The notes: generated by a model from the sequence alone, not told the origin. A stretch of 64,000 bases of DNA from an uncultured Planctomycetota bacterium (GCA_963771445.1 CAVYTQ010000007.1:7572-71571); one strand, 5' to 3'; positions 1 to 9,976 are shown, numbered from the stretch's first letter. Numbers and translations are program-made.

Positions 1-480
1 CAATCGCTGGGGGATCGACGCATGTTCCAGCAGGTGACCGAGGTCTTCGGGCTGGAGCACCTCATCGGGACGAGGCCGGAGGGGGTGATCTTCCAGTTCG
101 CGATGTGCCTGCTGCTGTACAACCTGATCCAGGTGGTGCGCGGCGTGATCGCCGCGGAGGCCGAGGTGGGGCGGGAGGAGATCTCCGGCGAGAAGCTGTT
201 CGGGGACGTGGAGCGGCAGATGATCGCCTGGGGGGTGATGGTCACGCCGGCGGAGACGATCGCCCACTTCCGTGGGGAATGGACGGCGGGTCGGGTGAAG
301 GCGCGGCTGAGCGAATTGCTGGGCGGTGTGTGGCGGGATCGGTGGCTCAAGGCGCCGCCGAAGAAGAAGTCGCCGCCGCGGAAGGGGGCCCGGAGGCGGA
401 CGCACAGCTCGGTGTACCGGATCTTGGAGGCGCATCAGGAACGACTTAGGAAGGAGAAGAAACGTGTTCAGGTAACCTGA
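1..480 (+). mobile_element. DDE transposase (IS4/IS5-like), C-terminal fragment; 5-prime part lies outside the window
   Basis: ORF 22..480 is open to nt 1. The segment RMFQQVTEVFGLEHLIG resembles the region after the catalytic Glu of IS4/IS5-type DDE transposases. The ORF ends in a basic tail (KKKSPPRKGARRRTHSSVYRIL). At nt 2-20 a neighbouring frame reads NRWGID, so the YREK-type motif looks split by a 1-nt frame break. No terminal inverted repeat can be defined without the left end. Confidence 0.5.
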
Positions 481-745
481 AGATGTTCACCGCAGTGGTT
501 CGCAGACCCATCCAACCCCGCCAGCCGGGGCGTCTACTCTTTCCGTAAGGCGGCCCCGGCAACCATTACTGGCATTTCAGCGCACGATCGATCCCGCGCC
601 AGCGGTCCGCCCCTCGGTATAATCGGCCAGGGGAAGCAGGCAAGCGGCCTGCGATGCACATGAAGCCTACCGAGGAAAACGCCGATGCTGACGCTCTTTC
701 TCGCGGTGTTCTGCGCAGGCTCCCGCGCCTGCCCCGAAAGCCTCC

Positions 746-1423
746 ATGTTGGGTAAGGACAAGCCGGCCGCGAAGGGCGCCGACAAATCCGCCGACAAGC
801 CTCGCGCCGTCTTCAAGCCGGAGCCCGGCGACGTCATCCGCATCAACACCGGGATTCCGGGGACCGGCATTCCCGCGGTCCGGATCTGGTATACCCACGA
901 GGATCAAGATCCCACGCGGTCCGAGCTCGATTGCTGGGCTTTCTGTGAGACCCTGGCAGGCAAGGAACCCCTGGAGGGGCTCCATTTCATGTGGGACCGC
1001 GAAGCCATGTATTATCTGTCCACGAATACCAAGGTGCTCGTCGTCGCCGTGCACGACGACTGGGATACCGGCAAGGCGCCCATGAAAGACGTCCCGTTCG
1101 TCGAAGTCATACCGAACTGGAAGGGCGACATCGGGAAGGGGCCCGTCCGCGAGAGCGCGGTCGGCACAATGGCGGTGCCGCTCCCCTACCTGACCCCGCC
1201 GGATCATCGCGACCGGCGCATGGAGATCCTGCCCATCCTCAAGCGAGTGACGGAGCCGCACCGCCACCGCTACTGCGTTTTCGATCAGGGGCACCACCAC
1301 GCCGAGCATATCTGTGCCGCCAAGTTCATTGACGCTGAGATGGAATGGAAGGACCGGCAGAGACGAACGGCGGAAATTGAACGCAAGGCCAGAGAGGAAG
1401 CGCAGCGGCGGGCGAAGCAGTAG
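746..1423 (+). CDS. hypothetical protein (225 aa) with His/Cys-rich motif and charged C-terminal tail
   Basis: Uninterrupted ORF with protein-like composition. It carries the motif HRHRYCVFDQGHHHAEHIC followed by a coiled-coil-like tail (RQRRTAEIERKAREEAQRRAKQ). No family recognised. Confidence 0.5.
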   Translation: MLGKDKPAAKGADKSADKPRAVFKPEPGDVIRINTGIPGTGIPAVRIWYTHEDQDPTRSELDCWAFCETLAGKEPLEGLHFMWDREAMYYLSTNTKVLVVAVHDDWDTGKAPMKDVPFVEVIPNWKGDIGKGPVRESAVGTMAVPLPYLTPPDHRDRRMEILPILKRVTEPHRHRYCVFDQGHHHAEHICAAKFIDAEMEWKDRQRRTAEIERKAREEAQRRAKQ

Positions 1424-1587
1424 CCATCGGCCGCGTTCGGCCTGGCAACGTCGCGGTCAGCCTCGCTTCAGTGCGGCGGTGACCCGAGGGCTTTCTCCAA
1501 TGGGGCGATGCGTCCGGCGGGATGCATCGGATGTTGCTCCCGCGGGAGACGGTCGGTCACGGTCTTGCCCCAGTAGCAACAGCCGAT

Positions 1588-1845
1588 TCACGCCGCTCGG
1601 GCCACCCAGGCTTCCCGCCCATCGTCGGCTACGACGAGCACGGAGTCGGCCTCGCCGGTCGTCTCGTCTTCGGCGGTCGGCCGGGTCGGCCCGTCAACGG
1701 TGTCGAGCACGAACCGGAAGTAGCCGAAGTGACCGGCCAGGGCTCGGATGAGGATGTGCTCGGCGATCCGACCGGCGTTCCGCTCGTCTTCGTCGAGCCA
1801 GGTTCGGAGGGCGAGCATCAGCGTTCGGCAATCGGCTCCGGTCAT
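1588..1845 (-). CDS. hypothetical protein (85 aa), last gene of a five-gene minus-strand operon
   Basis: Its start overlaps the stop of the upstream ORF by 4 nt (1842-1845). No family recognised. Confidence 0.4.
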   Translation of the reverse strand: MTGADCRTLMLALRTWLDEDERNAGRIAEHILIRALAGHFGYFRFVLDTVDGPTRPTAEDETTGEADSVLVVADDGREAWVARAA

Positions 1846-2585
1846 GACGAGCCCCCGGCGTTGATTTGAGCGATTTGCTGACGGTGGGCAAGGTTAATTT
1901 GCAGGGCAGGAACGGCGAGCCGACGAACGGCGGCGAGGGTCTTCAGGGTACTCAGGAATCGGCGATGCGCCCGGTCGATCCGGCGTTGAGCGTGCTCGGA
2001 TTGGGCGAGGCTCATCCCGTCCCCCGATGTCGCGCTCGACGAGTAGCGGGCTTCAAACATCCGGAAGGCGAACCATGCCGTCGCGGCGGTCTCGGCGAGG
2101 GCTCGCTCAACCGGGCTCGGGCTCGGCCCGGCCAGCTCACTGGCGAAGGCGTTCAGTTCATCCCGGAGCTTGGCTTTCGTCTTCTCGTTGGCGTTCTTCC
2201 CCGCGGCCCAATCGATCAGCTCGTTAGCCGCCCAACTGTCCATCATCCGATCAGCCGCTTCTCGGCTTCTCGATGGCTTGAGACACGGCGCTTCTCTCCA
2301 ATCGCCCCGATGGTGCTGGTGATACCCCGCCGCGGTCAGGACGTCGCGGGCGAGGGCTCGGGCTCGCTCGGCCATCTCGTCTAATGCTCGCTCCAGGTCG
2401 TCGGCCTTCCGCCGCTCGGCCCGGATCTCTTCGAGTTCGGAGCGTCGCTCGGCTCGCTCGTGCTCTTCGAGGGCGGCGATGAGGAAGGCATCGATCCCGC
2501 TCGCCGTGTATTCCGACGTGACGCGACCGGCCCGCCTGACGGATCGGTGGAGGTAGGGTCGGCCGTTGCGATAGACGAGCGACAT
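1842..2585 (-). CDS. hypothetical protein (247 aa), coiled-coil N-terminal half
   Basis: Uninterrupted ORF 4 nt downstream of the previous gene. It has a charged helical segment (EEHERAERRSELEEIRAERRKADDLERALDEMAERARA) and the motif YHQHHRGDWR. No family recognised. Confidence 0.55.
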   Translation of the reverse strand: MSLVYRNGRPYLHRSVRRAGRVTSEYTASGIDAFLIAALEEHERAERRSELEEIRAERRKADDLERALDEMAERARALARDVLTAAGYHQHHRGDWREAPCLKPSRSREAADRMMDSWAANELIDWAAGKNANEKTKAKLRDELNAFASELAGPSPSPVERALAETAATAWFAFRMFEARYSSSATSGDGMSLAQSEHAQRRIDRAHRRFLSTLKTLAAVRRLAVPALQINLAHRQQIAQINAGGSS

Positions 2586-2589
2586 TGTA

Positions 2590-2973
2590 CTACGCTCCGC
2601 GGCGTGCCCCGCTTACGGCGAACATCCGGCGGATGCCGTTGTCCTCTTCCCGCTCTTGCTCATCCAGCTCGAAGGCGGCTTCGTCGTAGGGGCGTTCCCG
2701 GTCGTCGGCCGGTGCGATCTTCGCCCCGGTCGTCCGTCCCAGGATGCGGTCGGCGAGGTACGTCGCGGCCTTCAGGTCCCCGCCCTTGGCTCGGGCGATG
2801 AGGGCGTCGATGATCTCGGGCAGGGCATCGACGACGCGTTGCTCGACCGCCTGGAGGGCTTCGGCATACTTCAGGGTCCGCGGCTTCGGGCTCGTCATGC
2901 TTCCTGTCCCCGCTCGATACTTCCATTTCGTCGAAAAACGCGCACGGTGGCCCGATCGGTCCCGATCGCTCAA
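2590..2973 (-). CDS. hypothetical protein; helical segment reminiscent of small phage/plasmid HTH or terminase-small-subunit-like proteins
   Basis: The segment IIDALIARAKGGDLKAATYLADRILGR resembles a motif common in small mobile-element proteins. This is from memory and is weak. An alternative start is Met26 (nt 2898). Confidence 0.45.
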   Translation of the reverse strand: MSDRDRSGHRARFSTKWKYRAGTGSMTSPKPRTLKYAEALQAVEQRVVDALPEIIDALIARAKGGDLKAATYLADRILGRTTGAKIAPADDRERPYDEAAFELDEQEREEDNGIRRMFAVSGARRGA

Positions 2974-3096
2974 CCCCTAGCAAACAACCCCCCCTCCCGG
3001 TCCCGGCCCGGCGGGCGGGTCCGGTCGGCCCGGTCGTCGCGGCCCGGACCGTAACCTTTCGTAACAGTCGGCCCGCACGGAGGTCCCCCCTCCCCC

Positions 3097-3417
3097 CTAA
3101 AGAGTTTTCCTCATTCTACGGCGGCGAGGCTTACGGCGTCGCGGTAGCAATCGGTCGAGCAACCGGGAATTGGCGGCGGTCATCTCGACCGCCATCAACC
3201 GGCAGGCTTGCAAGTGCTCCCGGTCGGACACCTCGGTCGCCGGATCGGTAATGAGCCTCATCATGGCCTCGATGAGCCGGGCGCGTCGCTCCACCAGCTC
3301 GGGGGCGTCCCCCTCAAGCCATCCCCGCCGGATGGCAGTCCGAATCATCTCTAGCCCGCCATGCCGGGTCTGGGGGTCGGCCAGCCAATCGAAGCGCTCG
3401 CGAGTCGGGCCGTTCAT
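3097..3417 (-). CDS. hypothetical protein (106 aa) with Arg/Lys-rich C-terminus
   Basis: Uninterrupted ORF whose start overlaps the upstream ORF stop by 4 nt (3414-3417). No family recognised. Confidence 0.45.
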   Translation of the reverse strand: MNGPTRERFDWLADPQTRHGGLEMIRTAIRRGWLEGDAPELVERRARLIEAMMRLITDPATEVSDREHLQACRLMAVEMTAANSRLLDRLLPRRRKPRRRRMRKTL

Positions 3418-3617
3418 CGTCCCCGGTCCCCCGGCGCGGCGGCCTTAACCATCGCCACAATGCCGGCGCGGATGGCCTCGGGCAGTCGATCCCAGGCGTT
3501 GACCACGGTCGCCAGGTCCGCGTCAGTCCGACAGGTGTCGGTGGCCAATAGAGGGCCAACATCCGTCGCCTCAACCCGCAAATCCTTATCCTGATTTGGT
3601 TTCGGCGATTCTGCCAT
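3414..3617 (-). CDS. hypothetical protein (67 aa), first gene of the operon
   Basis: The start codon (3615-3617) lies exactly at the edge of the tRNA-Arg fragment. The C-terminal motif LATVVNAWDRLPEAIRAGIVAMVKAA resembles small mobile-element-associated proteins (from memory, weak). Confidence 0.4.
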   Translation of the reverse strand: MAESPKPNQDKDLRVEATDVGPLLATDTCRTDADLATVVNAWDRLPEAIRAGIVAMVKAAAPGDRGR

Positions 3618-3663
3618 CGGTCTACGGAACCGAAGGTTATAGGTTCGAATCCTATCGGGTGTA
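3617..3663 (+). tRNA. partial tRNA-Arg(ACG): 3-prime 47 nt only (anticodon arm to discriminator); att-like remnant, not a functional gene
   Basis: The fragment folds by hand as follows. Anticodon stem tcggt/accga, loop ctACGga. Variable region aggtt. T-arm atagg-ttcgaat-cctat. Acceptor 3-prime strand cgggtgt plus discriminator a. The 27 nt upstream (3590-3616) cannot form the matching acceptor 5-prime strand (acacccg needed) or a D-arm. Confidence 0.6.
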
Positions 3664-4038
3664 CTTGCAAGTCAGGCAATGACAAGAAGTTGTAACATAG
3701 GAAGAATCTGTGACGATTCCTCCTGTGCTCCGGTTGTGACAATCGAGTCGTCGCCGGATCGAGATGCTTCCTCTTCAAATTCTAGAGAGCAGGCGACGGA
3801 CCCGCCTATCTTTGGCCGCCGAGGTGAACACCTCCCTTCTGGCCGTGTCTGCTCGTTTGACCAAGGATGAGGATGAAGGCCCCACCTGGCGGGCATCGTC
3901 CTTCCAGGGTAGAGTCCGTCCGGCCCTCGATCGGCCGCTCGACCCGGGCCTTCTCCGACTTCGCAGGCACCTCTCGGGCTCGCGGAATTCGGACTTCCGG
4001 GCACAACCCTGACCCGTCCCTCGGCCGGACTCGATGCC

Positions 4039-4068
4039 TTGACGGTTTTCGAGCGGAAGGGGTATCGT
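4039..4068 (+). promoter_or_regulatory. candidate sigma-70-type promoter upstream of aspS
   Basis: ttgacg (4039-4044), an 18-nt spacer, then tatcgt (4063-4068), about 50 nt upstream of the aspS ATG. Pattern match only. Confidence 0.25.
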
Positions 4069-4116
4069 GATCGACCAACGAACAACGCCGGATCCCCTGT
4101 CGACGATAGCCGAATC

Positions 4117-5888
4117 ATGCTCTACAAACGAACGCAGACCTGCGGTGAACTGACCGTCGAGCACGTGGGACGACCCGTCGTCCTGAATGGCTGGGTCGAT
4201 GCCTGGCGCGATTTCGGGGGACTGGTCTTCATCGATCTGCGCGACCGGTACGGGGTCACGCAGGTCGTCTTCGAGCCCGAGGCCGGCGCCGAGCTGCAGG
4301 CGCGGGCTCGGGAGCTCCGCAACGAGTACGTCATCGGGGTCAAGGGCACGGTCGCCCCCAGGCTCGCCGGCAAGGAGAACCTCAAGCTCATCACGGGGGC
4401 CATCGAGGTCCGGGCTCGCGAGCTGGTCGTCTACAACGCCTCGCCAACGCCTCCGTTCGAGATGCACGGGCCCGAGCCTAACGAGGAACTGCGGCTTACC
4501 TATCGCTACCTGGACCTCAGACGGCCAAGTCTGCAACAGGTGTTCATCATCCGGCATCGCCTGGCGCACATGATGCGGCGGATCATGACCGAGATGGGGT
4601 TCCTCGAGGTCGAGACGCCGATCCTCGGCCGGAGCACGCCGGAAGGCGCGCGCGACTTCCTCGTGCCCAGCCGGGTGCACGCCGGGCACTTCTACGCGCT
4701 GCCGCAGTCGCCCCAGCTCTACAAGCAGCTCCTGATGGTGTCGGGCTTCGACCGCTATTTCCAGATCGCCCGCTGCTTCCGCGACGAGGACCTTCGCGCC
4801 AACCGCCAGCCCGAGTTCACGCAGCTCGACGTCGAGATGTCGTTCGTCGACGACCACGACGTGACCTCGACCATGGAGATCCTCGTCGCCGAGATGGCCC
4901 GCGAATTCACCGGCCAGGCGGTGAATCTGCCGCTGCCGCGGCTCGATTACCACGACGTGATGGAGCGGTTCGGCAGCGATCGGCCCGACCTGCGCTACGG
5001 GCTGGAGCTGAAGGACCTCGCCGACATCGCCGGGCAGACCGAGTTCAAGGTGTTTCAGCAGGCCAGGGACAACGGCCACCGGATTCGCGGCCTGTGCGCC
5101 GCCGGGCGGCGGCACCCGCTACAGCCGCAAGGACCTCGACGGCCTGACCGAGTACATCGGCGGCATGGGTGCCAAGGGGCTCGTCTGGCTCAAGGTCGAG
5201 GCCGAAACCCTGACCGGTCCCACGGCCAAGTTCTTCCCGGCGGAGGCGCAGCAGGCCCTTCGCGAGCGGCTCGACGCCAAGGCCGGCGACCTGATCCTGA
5301 TCGTCGCCGATACCCAGGCCGTGACGAGCCTGGCACTGTCGAGCCTGCGGGCACGGCTGGCGACCGAGCTGGGGATGTATGACCCGAAGTCGTTCCATTA
5401 TTCCTGGATCGTGCCGCTTCCCCCTGTTCGCCTGGGACGCCGACGAGGGGCGATTCGCCGCCGAGCACCATCCGTTCACGATGCCGCTGTTCGAGGACCT
5501 GCACCTGCTCGACTCGGAGCCGGCACGGGTGCGGGCGCAGGCGTACGACCTGGTGGTCAACGGCGAGGAGGCCGGCGGCGGCACCATCCGCTGCCATGAC
5601 CCGGAGATCCAGTCGAAGATCTTCTCGCTGCTGGGGCTGACTCCCGAGCAGGCGCAGGAGAAGTTCGGCTTCCTGCTGAGTGCCCTTCGAAACGGCGACC
5701 CGCCGCACGGCGGGATCGCGCTGGGCTTCGACCGGCTGGTCATGCTCTACTCGGGCCTGACGAATATCCGCGACTGCATCGCGTTCCCCAAGACGGCCAG
5801 GGGGACCGACCTCATGACCGGTGCGCCCGGGACCGTCGAGCCTCGGCAGCTCAGGGAGCTGCACGTCCGCTCGACCGAGGCGACCTGA
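4117..5888 (+). CDS. aspS: aspartate--tRNA ligase (two apparent 1-nt frame breaks)
   Basis: OB-fold N-terminus ([22 protein letters not shown]). Class II motifs [18 protein letters not shown] and [12 protein letters not shown]. The frame changes near 5098-5108 and 5409-5414. The pieces are track ORFs 4039..5382, 5165..5599 and 5379..5888. The start is set at MLYKRTQ (4117). Confidence 0.95.
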
Positions 5889-6039
5889 CGACCGGGGGGC
5901 GGGACAGCCTGGTCCGCGCGACCGCAGCGGTCGACCCCTCGTAGGGGCGACGGCCCGGGGATACAATGAGATCACGCGGGACGGATGAAGGGGGCGGTCC
6001 ATCTGGCCCGCCCCGTCGGAACCCGCAGCGCCGGGGAAC

Positions 6040-6519
6040 GTGGCGATGCGGGTGACGGTGATCCTCCACGAACGACTGGGCAACTGGAATCGGCAATTGC
6101 GGCCACGGCTCGCCCGGCATCCCGTGCGCTGGTTCGAGTCGCGCTCCCGGGCCGATCTGGGCGAGATCCTTGCGGGTGTCGCCGCTCCGGTCGTCCTGAT
6201 CGACCTGGCCAGGCAGACCTTCGAGGGCCTGTCGGCCCTGGATCTGGTCGGCTCTCGGGCGGCCGACGCACGGAGTCTCGTCCTGGACCCGGAGTCCAAA
6301 CCCGGCATTCCGGTCCTGGCGCGCGAGCTCGGGGCGACGCACGTCCGATCGGGATTCGTGCCACCTCCGGAGGTCGCCGGCCTGATCGACCGCTGGGTCA
6401 CGCTGGCCCGACGCGACCTGGAGTTGGCCGGCTGGTCGCGGGGGACTCCTCGCGGCTCGACGGCCGAGCCCTGGGGCTGGCCCTCCGAATGCCTGGACCT
6501 ACCGGCCGTCGATCGGTGA
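6040..6519 (+). CDS. hypothetical protein (159 aa)
   Basis: Uninterrupted ORF with an alternating beta/alpha-like pattern (VTVILHERL ... APVVLIDL) vaguely like a receiver fold. No family recognised. Confidence 0.5.
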   Translation: MAMRVTVILHERLGNWNRQLRPRLARHPVRWFESRSRADLGEILAGVAAPVVLIDLARQTFEGLSALDLVGSRAADARSLVLDPESKPGIPVLARELGATHVRSGFVPPPEVAGLIDRWVTLARRDLELAGWSRGTPRGSTAEPWGWPSECLDLPAVDR

Positions 6520-6577
6520 CCGACTGACCGACCGCCCATTGCCTACCGCCGAGACCACTCACTGGGGACGAAGACCG

Positions 6578-7744
6578 ATGTTCGGCAAGACCAATGCCAC
6601 GCTCACGGAACGCGACGTCCTGGATGCCCTGAAGGGGGTCAAGGACCCGGATATCGGCCGCGACCTGGTCAACCTCGGGATGATCAAGGACATCAGCATC
6701 GGCGAAGGGACGGTGGCACTCACCGTGAACCTGACGACGCCGGCCTGTCCGATGAAGGCTCAGATCGAGCGGGACGTCCGCACGGCGCTGGAGGAGCGTC
6801 TGTCGAACAGCTTCTCGTTCCAGATCACGATGGGCGCGGAGGTCCGGGGCCGAGGAGTCGCGCAGACCGGAGATATCCCGGGCATCAAGAACGTGATCGC
6901 CGTGGGCTCGGGGAAGGGAGGGGTCGGCAAGTCGACGATGGCCGCGACCATCGCGTATGGCCTGCAGTCCTACGGGGCCCGGGTCGGCCTGATGGACGCG
7001 GATGTCTATGGGCCGTCGATTCCCCACCTGGTCGGTGCCTCGGGCCGGCCCATGGCGCGGGGCGAGCGGATCCAGCCGATCGAGGCCGGCAACCTGAAGC
7101 TGATGTCGATGGGCTTCCTGCTCGAGCCGCAACGCGCCGTGATCATGCGCGGTCCCATGCTCCACGGGATCATCCAGCAGTTCCTCCGCCAGGTCGACTG
7201 GGGGCCGCTCGATTACCTGGTGATTGACCTGCCGCCGGGGACCGGCGACGTGCCGCTGACGCTGGCGCAGTCGCTGCCGTTGACCGGCGCGGTGGTGGTC
7301 TGCACGCCGCAGGAGGTCGCGCTCTTGGACGCCACGCGGGCGATCACCATGTTCCGCGAGCTCAAGGTGCCCGTGCTCGGGATGGTCGAGAACATGGCGT
7401 ACTTCGACGTTGTGGCGTACCTGCGCGATCGGGGTGGCCCGACGGCCCGACGGCTCGTCGAGGACCGGGGCTTCTTCGATACGCCCGGCGACGAGCGTGT
7501 CTATCTTTTCGGCCGGGGCGGCGCCCGTCGCAAGGCCGAGGAGCTCGGCGTACCGTTCCTGGGCGAAGTGCCCCTGAACGTGTTCCTGCGGGAGACCGGG
7601 GACGAAGGGAGGATCGAGCGGGCGCTATCGACCGATTCGCCGGCCCGCCGCGACCTGCTGAACGTCGTCGAGCAACTGGCGGCGCAGATCAGTATCCAGA
7701 ATATCAAGACCCCCAAGATGCCCAAGCTGGAGGTCATCGGCTGA
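6578..7744 (+). CDS. mrp: Mrp/ApbC/NBP35-family Fe-S cluster carrier ATPase
   Basis: N-terminal DUF59-like region (DVLDALKGVKDPDIGRDLV). Deviant Walker A GSGKGGVGKST. Also DADVYGPSIP and DLPPGTGD. Start chosen at MFGKT. The track ORF starts at 6539. Confidence 0.9.
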   Translation: MFGKTNATLTERDVLDALKGVKDPDIGRDLVNLGMIKDISIGEGTVALTVNLTTPACPMKAQIERDVRTALEERLSNSFSFQITMGAEVRGRGVAQTGDIPGIKNVIAVGSGKGGVGKSTMAATIAYGLQSYGARVGLMDADVYGPSIPHLVGASGRPMARGERIQPIEAGNLKLMSMGFLLEPQRAVIMRGPMLHGIIQQFLRQVDWGPLDYLVIDLPPGTGDVPLTLAQSLPLTGAVVVCTPQEVALLDATRAITMFRELKVPVLGMVENMAYFDVVAYLRDRGGPTARRLVEDRGFFDTPGDERVYLFGRGGARRKAEELGVPFLGEVPLNVFLRETGDEGRIERALSTDSPARRDLLNVVEQLAAQISIQNIKTPKMPKLEVIG

Positions 7745-7890
7745 TTCGCCGACGGCTCCAACCCGGCAATCGGGGGTCTTCGGGTGCACGACGTTTGGGT
7801 TGCCGGGCGAAGTCCGGGGCGACGCGGGCCTCATGGGCCGTGCCGCGCCGGTGATCGCCGGCGAGCGGGATGCGAGGAACGGATAACTTC

Positions 7891-8304
7891 TCACTCGCCC
7901 GAGTAGGTGAGCGTGAAATCATGGAAGCGATACTTCTTGTTGCGGGGGACCTCACCGGCGGCGGCGAACAGGCTCAGGAGCAGGTCGCCGAAGTGGTCGG
8001 TCCGGACGCAGTAGAAGTTATGCTTGCCCTCGCGGCGGGATTCGATCAGACCGGAGACCCTGAGCAGGGCCAGGTGATGGCTTACTGCGGGCTGGCTCTG
8101 GCCGAGTCGCTGGCAGAGGTCCGTCACATGAAGCTCGCCCTGGGGCGAGAGGGCCAGATAGAACAAGATGCGCAGCCGGGTCTCGTCGCTCAGCAGCTTG
8201 AAGACCTGGGCCAGCTCGCGAACCGATTGATCGGAGACTTCCCCGCCCATCGTCGCCACGTGGCCGTTGGTATCGGACGTACGCTTGGTTTCCTTGCGTG
8301 CCAT
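7891..8304 (-). CDS. ArsR/SmtB-family transcriptional regulator
   Basis: Winged-HTH signature LLSDETRLRILFYL ... LHVTDLCQRLGQSQPAVSHHLALLRVSGLIESRREGKHNFY. Confidence 0.85.
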   Translation of the reverse strand: MARKETKRTSDTNGHVATMGGEVSDQSVRELAQVFKLLSDETRLRILFYLALSPQGELHVTDLCQRLGQSQPAVSHHLALLRVSGLIESRREGKHNFYCVRTDHFGDLLLSLFAAAGEVPRNKKYRFHDFTLTYSGE

Positions 8305-8718
8305 GGGTGAAAATCCTCAACCCTTTCTGGGGGAATGGAACTCGCTTGCCCGACCCGACCGCCCGGCACGTCCCGCTCACGCGCGACGCGAATGGCTACC
8401 GGCCGGCCACCGGCCACCCGAGCTCACGGCCAGCCGGCCCAGGGCCCGAGGTGGGGTAGGAATCCGACGGCATCAGGTTCCGGACGAACGAGTGTTGGCG
8501 ATACTAGCAAACTGGCAAAACTCGAGGGCCTCGTTGACGAGGCTCGCGAGCCGGCTGGTCGTGTCTCACGCGGCTTGTGGGGATGTCGCAGGTCCAGGTC
8601 AATCGCGACCGCGCGGGTCGGCGGCCTTCGATCGCGTGGCGGCCGCAACCCGGCATTCGAGGCCAAAGCGGAAGTACAAATGTCGTGAAATCAACTTTCG
8701 TCAGTATCACTCGTAAAC

Positions 8719-9622
8719 CTATTGTGTGGACTCGGTCAAGAGCCCCGACCGGATCAGGCCGGCCCGCACCACATCGGTCGCCCGCTCGTCGAGCGGACAC
8801 AGCGGGAGACGGACCTCCGATCCGCATCGGCCCAGCAGCGAGAGTGCCGCCTTGACCGGGATCGGGTTGGGAGCCAGTCCTAGCAAGTCCCGCGCCAGTG
8901 GGAAGAGTCGGGCATGCCTCTGGCGCGCATCCTCGACCCGGCCATCCCGGTAGGCCTCGATCATCGCCCGCACCTCGCCAGGCACCAGGTTGGCGATCAC
9001 CGAGACCACCCCCTCGGCGCCCACGGCGAGCATCGGCAGGGTCAACGAGTCGTCACCCGACAGGATTGTCAGATCCGTCCGGGCCAGCAGCTCGCTGACC
9101 TGGTCGAGCGAGCCCGCCGCCTCCTTCACCGCAACGATCGGAGCCCGCTTTGCCAGCCGCTCCACTGTCTCGGGCTCGATGTTGCGACCCGTTCGCGCGG
9201 GGATGTTGTACAGCACGATCGGCAAATCGACCGAATCGGCTATCGTGGCGAAATGCCGGTATAAACCTTCCTGATTAGGCCGATTATAATACGGTGTGAC
9301 CGAAAGGGCGGCGTCCGCGCCGGCTCGGGCGGCGAATCGGGTCAGGCGGATGGCCTCGGCAGTCGAGTTCGAGCCGGTGCCCGCCATGACCCTTGCCCGC
9401 CCGGCGGCCGCCTCGATCACCAGGCCGATCACGCGCTCGTGCTCATCATGTGAGAGCGTGGGCGATTCGCCCGTCGTGCCGCAAGGGCTCAGGATCGGCG
9501 TACCCTGATTGATCTGCCATTCGACGAGCCTGCGCAGGACCGGCCTCGTCAACCGCACCGTCGCGAAACGGCGTGACCAGCGCTACGGTACATCCGGCGA
9601 ACATTCGACCTTTGGTGGACAT
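8719..9622 (-). CDS. dapA: 4-hydroxy-tetrahydrodipicolinate synthase (one apparent frame break near 9545)
   Basis: Motifs ALVTPF, CGTTGES, VTPYYNRP, LYNIPARTG and VAVKEA. The N-terminal 25 codons are in track ORF 9446..9634 and the rest in 8719..9558. An alternative start is MFAGC at 9604. Confidence 0.9.
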
Positions 9623-9976
9623 GGGCCATCCCAAAAGCTCGAGCGCACCCGATCCCCGGGCGGGGCGGGTCGCTCATGCAAACTTCGTTGACTTCACGGC
9701 GGCCGACTGGTGCGGTGGGAGCACGGCGATCACACGACCCGGGGCAAACGTCCAGACGCAACGCTCATAGCACCATGGCTTCAATGTTATAAAATCTTAG
9801 GGTGATTCTCGCCGAAAGGGAAGCCGAATTAAGCCCCGCTCGAGCAGAATCTCCAGGAATTCTCCTCCCGGGGGCAGCAAAATGGGGGTGACGGGCGGGT
9901 AAGCGTGAAGGCAATCACGTCCGTCGTCATGATTATCGTCAACATTGTTGCCCTTGCCTGCGCAAGCTATCGTAAC

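Noticed and set aside
3775-6539. Long minus-strand ORFs 3775..5115 (446 aa) and 5190..6539 (449 aa)
   Set aside because: They are antisense to aspS and the next gene. Their composition is dominated by Arg, Pro, Gly and Ala, as expected for shadow ORFs in high-GC DNA. No motifs were recognised.
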